From Bacillota bacterium (GTDB lineage: Bacteria; Bacillota; Clostridia; Lachnospirales; Lachnospiraceae), in contig JAEWMB010000036.1 of assembly GCA_023457255.1 (NCBI GenBank), forward strand, positions 111,500-175,499: 64,000 nt of DNA, read 5' to 3'. The position numbers were made by a program, and so were the translations under genes. Within the stretch, counting starts at the first letter, position 1, and each line of letters opens with the position of its first letter. A model generated the notes under the pieces. It was not told the origin of the DNA. It made no database searches and worked only from the letters and a program-made list of their open reading frames with translations. Below are positions 60,633 to 64,000 of the stretch, piece after piece.

Positions 60633-61844
60633 ATGGATGGTATGTTATCTCAAGAAGAGATTAACGCTCTATTAAATGGCATGGGTACCGAAAATGTAGA
60701 AACCGCTGCTGATCTCGAATCACTCACGGATTCTGAAATTGATGCTCTGGGGGAAATGTCAAATATCAGTATGGGGACCGCTGCAACAACGCTTTCTGCA
60801 CTGGTAAATCAAAAAGTAACAATCACAACTCCAAAAGTATCCTATGCTAAGTGGGAAGATTTATTGTCAGCGTATGATCGCCCATGTGTTTTTATTCAGA
60901 TTTATTATAAGGATGGTTTAGATGGAAATAACATCTTAGTCCTAAAAGAGAAGGATGTAAAGATTATCACCGACCTAATGATGGGCGGAGATGGAGTAAA
61001 TAGTGAGGGAGAGTTATCGGAGCTTCATTTAAGTGCAATTGGAGAAGCAATGAACCAGATGATGGGTTCCGCATCCACATCACTTTCCTCTATGTTAGAG
61101 AAAAAGGTGGACATCTCTCCGCCGGTAGCAAGTATTGTAGATATCCCAGAGGTGATCAATGGGGGAGATATTGCGGATTTCTTAAAGGGACGATTTGTAA
61201 AAGTATCTTTTCGTATGGTAATTGGTGATTTGGTGGATAGTGAACTGATGCAATTATATCCTTTTGATTTTGCCAGGGATTTATATGACCAATTTATGAG
61301 ATATACCGAAACAGAAACAAATGCAGCCACAGGATATTCTCAACAACAGTCAAAAAAAGAAGAATCAGTAACACCTGCTCCGGAACCAGTTACAAAAAAC
61401 AATTCGTTTACACAGGACATGGAAAACACTATGAAGATGCAAACACCACAAATGCAGCCGCAGGGGATGCCACTTCAGGGAACGGCTATGCAGGGAATAC
61501 CTTTACAAGGTATGAATATGCAGCAAGTACCGCAAGGGATGGTACAAAATGTGAATATAGCACCTGCACAATTTCAGCCATTTGTTAGTACTGGAAGTCC
61601 TCTGTTGCAGACAGAGAATATTGATTTGTTATTGGATGTGCCTTTGGAGGTCACAGTAGAACTTGGCAGAACAAGTAAATCTATTCGAGAAATACTTGAT
61701 TTTGCACCAGGAACTATTGTAGAATTAAATCGACTCGCTGGTGAACCAATTGACGTTTTAGTAAATGGAAAGTACGTCGCCAAGGGTGAAGTAGTTGTAA
61801 TCGAAGAAGCGTTTGGTATTCGGGTTACAGATATTATTAAATAA
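60633..61844 (+). CDS. fliY: Flagellar motor switch phosphatase FliY
   Basis: LSQEEINALL, two CheC-like ExxN motifs, C-terminal FliN domain. Confidence 0.96.
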   Translation: MDGMLSQEEINALLNGMGTENVETAADLESLTDSEIDALGEMSNISMGTAATTLSALVNQKVTITTPKVSYAKWEDLLSAYDRPCVFIQIYYKDGLDGNNILVLKEKDVKIITDLMMGGDGVNSEGELSELHLSAIGEAMNQMMGSASTSLSSMLEKKVDISPPVASIVDIPEVINGGDIADFLKGRFVKVSFRMVIGDLVDSELMQLYPFDFARDLYDQFMRYTETETNAATGYSQQQSKKEESVTPAPEPVTKNNSFTQDMENTMKMQTPQMQPQGMPLQGTAMQGIPLQGMNMQQVPQGMVQNVNIAPAQFQPFVSTGSPLLQTENIDLLLDVPLEVTVELGRTSKSIREILDFAPGTIVELNRLAGEPIDVLVNGKYVAKGEVVVIEEAFGIRVTDIIK

Positions 61845-61930
61845 GTAATACGATTTTTTAACGCCGGAAGACGGTATGTTATAAAATGGTATACAGCTAT
61901 TACAGATCAAAGAATAGGAGAAACAAAGTT

Positions 61931-62293
61931 ATGGCAAAAAGTATTTTAATTTGTGATGATGCAGCTTTCATGAGAATGATGATTAAAGATATTCTTACAA
62001 AGAATGGTTATTCCGTTGCGGGAGAAGCAGAGAATGGATTAAAAGCTGTAGAAAAGTACAACGAGACAAAGCCTGATTTAGTAATGATGGATATTACAAT
62101 GCCGGAGATGGATGGAATTCAAGCGTTAAAGAAGATTAAAACAGCAGATCCAAATGCGACAGTGATTATGTGTTCTGCGATGGGACAGCAAGCGATGGTG
62201 ATTGAATCGATTCAATCAGGAGCAAAAGATTTTATCGTTAAGCCATTCCAGGCAGACCGTGTACTTGAGGCGGTTAAGAAGGCGATTGGCTAA
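61931..62293 (+). CDS. cheY: Chemotaxis response regulator CheY
   Basis: DDAAFMR, MDITMPEMDG and VKPF motifs; AGGAG RBS. Confidence 0.95.
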   Translation: MAKSILICDDAAFMRMMIKDILTKNGYSVAGEAENGLKAVEKYNETKPDLVMMDITMPEMDGIQALKKIKTADPNATVIMCSAMGQQAMVIESIQSGAKDFIVKPFQADRVLEAVKKAIG

Positions 62294-62709
62294 TGTGTTC
62301 TCTTTCTCAGATTATAGTTGCAACAGAGGCAGATTCGTCTCTACCGGTTTATAATTCTTCCAAGAGTTGGTTTGAGTTGCTTGGATTGCTTCTGTTGTTT
62401 ATTTTTATTGTTGTCGGTTGCTACTTTACAACAAGATTTGTTGCAAATAAGCAATTGCGGCAGAAGAAATATAATAATTTTAAAGTGATTGATACTTATC
62501 GAATAACACAAAATAAGTTTTTGCAGATTGTTCAGATTGGGACACGTTATGTTGTGATATCAATTACAAAAGACAATATTTCCTTTATCGCGGAAGTTTA
62601 TGAGGAAGAGCTGCTGCATAAAGAAGAAACTGAGGCGAAGAAAGAGATAAACTTTAAGCAGATCTTGTCAGAGATGGCAGGAAAAAATAAAACAAATGGA
62701 AAAGGTTGA
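62293..62709 (+). CDS. fliO: Flagellar biosynthesis protein FliO/FliZ
   Basis: TM helix followed by NKFLQIVQIG; between cheY and fliP. Confidence 0.88.
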   Translation: MCSLSQIIVATEADSSLPVYNSSKSWFELLGLLLLFIFIVVGCYFTTRFVANKQLRQKKYNNFKVIDTYRITQNKFLQIVQIGTRYVVISITKDNISFIAEVYEEELLHKEETEAKKEINFKQILSEMAGKNKTNGKG

Positions 62710-63560
62710 TATATGCTATGACGTCTAAATGTAATCTTATCAATAAGAAGACTTTCCTTACTGGGCTTTTCGTCATTATGGTGTTTGTATTAACCTTTTT
62801 TTGTGCTACTCCAAAAAAAGTATATGCCTCTGAGGTGAACAGAACAACAAGTGAATCCACAGCGAACACGGATGATAAGGCAGTAAATAATAATGATTTA
62901 ACTTTTTATTTTAACTCTGGAGAAGGGACAGGCTCGCTATCGGCAACTCTTCAGATGCTCCTAATCTTAACCGTGATTACTTTGGCACCTTCGATACTAA
63001 TTATGCTAACATCATTTATTCGAATTATCGTGGTGCTTCACTTTGTCCGTTCTGCCTTAGGAACACAGACAACTCCTCCTAATCAGGTATTGATTGGATT
63101 GGCGTTGTTTTTGACGTTGTTTATTATGTCACCAATACTCACAAACATTAATGCCAATGCCATCCAGCCTTTATCAAAGGGAGAGATCACGCAAGAGCAA
63201 GCTTTTGAAAAAGGATTGGAGCCACTGAGGGATTTTATGTTTGATCAGACTAATGAAAAAGATATGCATTTATTTCTTGATATTGCCGGAGTTACAGAAG
63301 TTGAAAGCAGAGCTGATGTCCCATCTACAGCATTAATTCCTGCATTTATCATAAGTGAGTTAAGAGCGGCTTTTATTATTGGTTTTCTGATATACATACC
63401 ATTTTTAGTAATTGATATGGTGGTGGCTTCCACTTTGATGTCGATGGGTATGATGATGCTCCCGCCTACGACGATTTCTATGCCATTCAAAATCTTATTA
63501 TTTATTATGGCGGATGGATGGAGTTTAGTCATTGGATCAGTAATCAAAAGCTTTTACTGA
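62706..63560 (+). CDS. fliP: Flagellar export gate protein FliP
   Basis: TSFIRI, PPNQVLIGLALFLT and MGMMMLPP motifs; start may be 62718. Confidence 0.97.
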   Translation: MIYAMTSKCNLINKKTFLTGLFVIMVFVLTFFCATPKKVYASEVNRTTSESTANTDDKAVNNNDLTFYFNSGEGTGSLSATLQMLLILTVITLAPSILIMLTSFIRIIVVLHFVRSALGTQTTPPNQVLIGLALFLTLFIMSPILTNINANAIQPLSKGEITQEQAFEKGLEPLRDFMFDQTNEKDMHLFLDIAGVTEVESRADVPSTALIPAFIISELRAAFIIGFLIYIPFLVIDMVVASTLMSMGMMMLPPTTISMPFKILLFIMADGWSLVIGSVIKSFY

Positions 63561-63575
63561 AAGGAGGGATAGTGT

Positions 63576-63845
63576 ATGGATGAAAATTTATTGGTGGAAC
63601 TATTACGCCAAACATTATTCTTAATTATCAAGGTATCTTCTCCGATGTTGATTACTTCACTTGTAATTGGACTTGTGGTAAGTGTATTACAGACGGTTAC
63701 TTCGGTTCAAGAACAAACCCTCACTTTTGTTCCAAAGTTAATCGGAGTATTCCTGGTACTTATGCTTTGCGGTAATTGGATTATGAAAAATATAACGGAA
63801 TATTTTTGGTACTTAGCAGATAACTTCCGTTACTTTATTCAGTGA
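63576..63845 (+). CDS. fliQ: Flagellar export gate protein FliQ
   Basis: QTVTSVQEQTLTFVPK motif. Confidence 0.97.
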   Translation: MDENLLVELLRQTLFLIIKVSSPMLITSLVIGLVVSVLQTVTSVQEQTLTFVPKLIGVFLVLMLCGNWIMKNITEYFWYLADNFRYFIQ

Positions 63846-63856
63846 CAGGTGCTACT

Positions 63857-64000
63857 ATGGTAATACCTGTAGAACAGTTAGTTTTCTTCTTTGTGATACT
63901 GGTGAGGATATCCGCATTTATTTATACCGGGCCATTTTTTAGTCTAAGGAATGTGCCGCAAAAGGTTAAAGTAGGGCTATCACTGGCGATAGCCGTTATA
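63857..64000 (+). CDS. fliR: Flagellar export gate protein FliR, partial, runs off the window
   Basis: MVIPVEQLVFFFVILVRISAFIYTGPFFSLRNVPQKVKVGL; follows fliQ. Confidence 0.9.
   Translation, partial: MVIPVEQLVFFFVILVRISAFIYTGPFFSLRNVPQKVKVGLSLAIAVI

Overview
Chromosomal window from an AT-rich, spore-forming, flagellated Clostridia-class bacterium; gene order and proteins look Lachnospiraceae-like. Order of blocks: (1) 1-2300, a decayed AT-rich island that looks like a class II lanthipeptide cluster remnant (LanM N-terminal fragments joined by deletion to a frameshifted HlyD-type export gene, then a small membrane protein). (2) tepA, uppP, ftsK/spoIIIE, two tandem RimK-family ATP-grasp ligases, a decayed insert, fhs and pyrBI. 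(3) A ~21 kb pectin/hexuronate locus: uxaC, LacI regulator with palindromic operators, uxaB, uxaA, kdgK, kduI, an apparently catalytically dead GH105-like protein, GH28, CE12 esterase, membrane AraC regulator, ABC transporter, deacetylase and TIM-barrel epimerase. (4) dinB with a LexA box, ylmC, nrdR, comM, dprA, topA, codY. (5) The first ~19 kb of the fla/che operon, flgB to partial fliR. Best candidates for something undescribed: a repeated GGAY-loop-RGAR hairpin RNA motif flanking flgE on both sides, next to the TIGR02530 protein that carries an RNase-like motif; a FlgD with an X2-like Ig domain; the GH105 pseudoenzyme beside GH28; the RimK pair; and a 94-bp hairpin-rich tandem repeat. All family assignments come from motif recognition by eye; no database searches were run.
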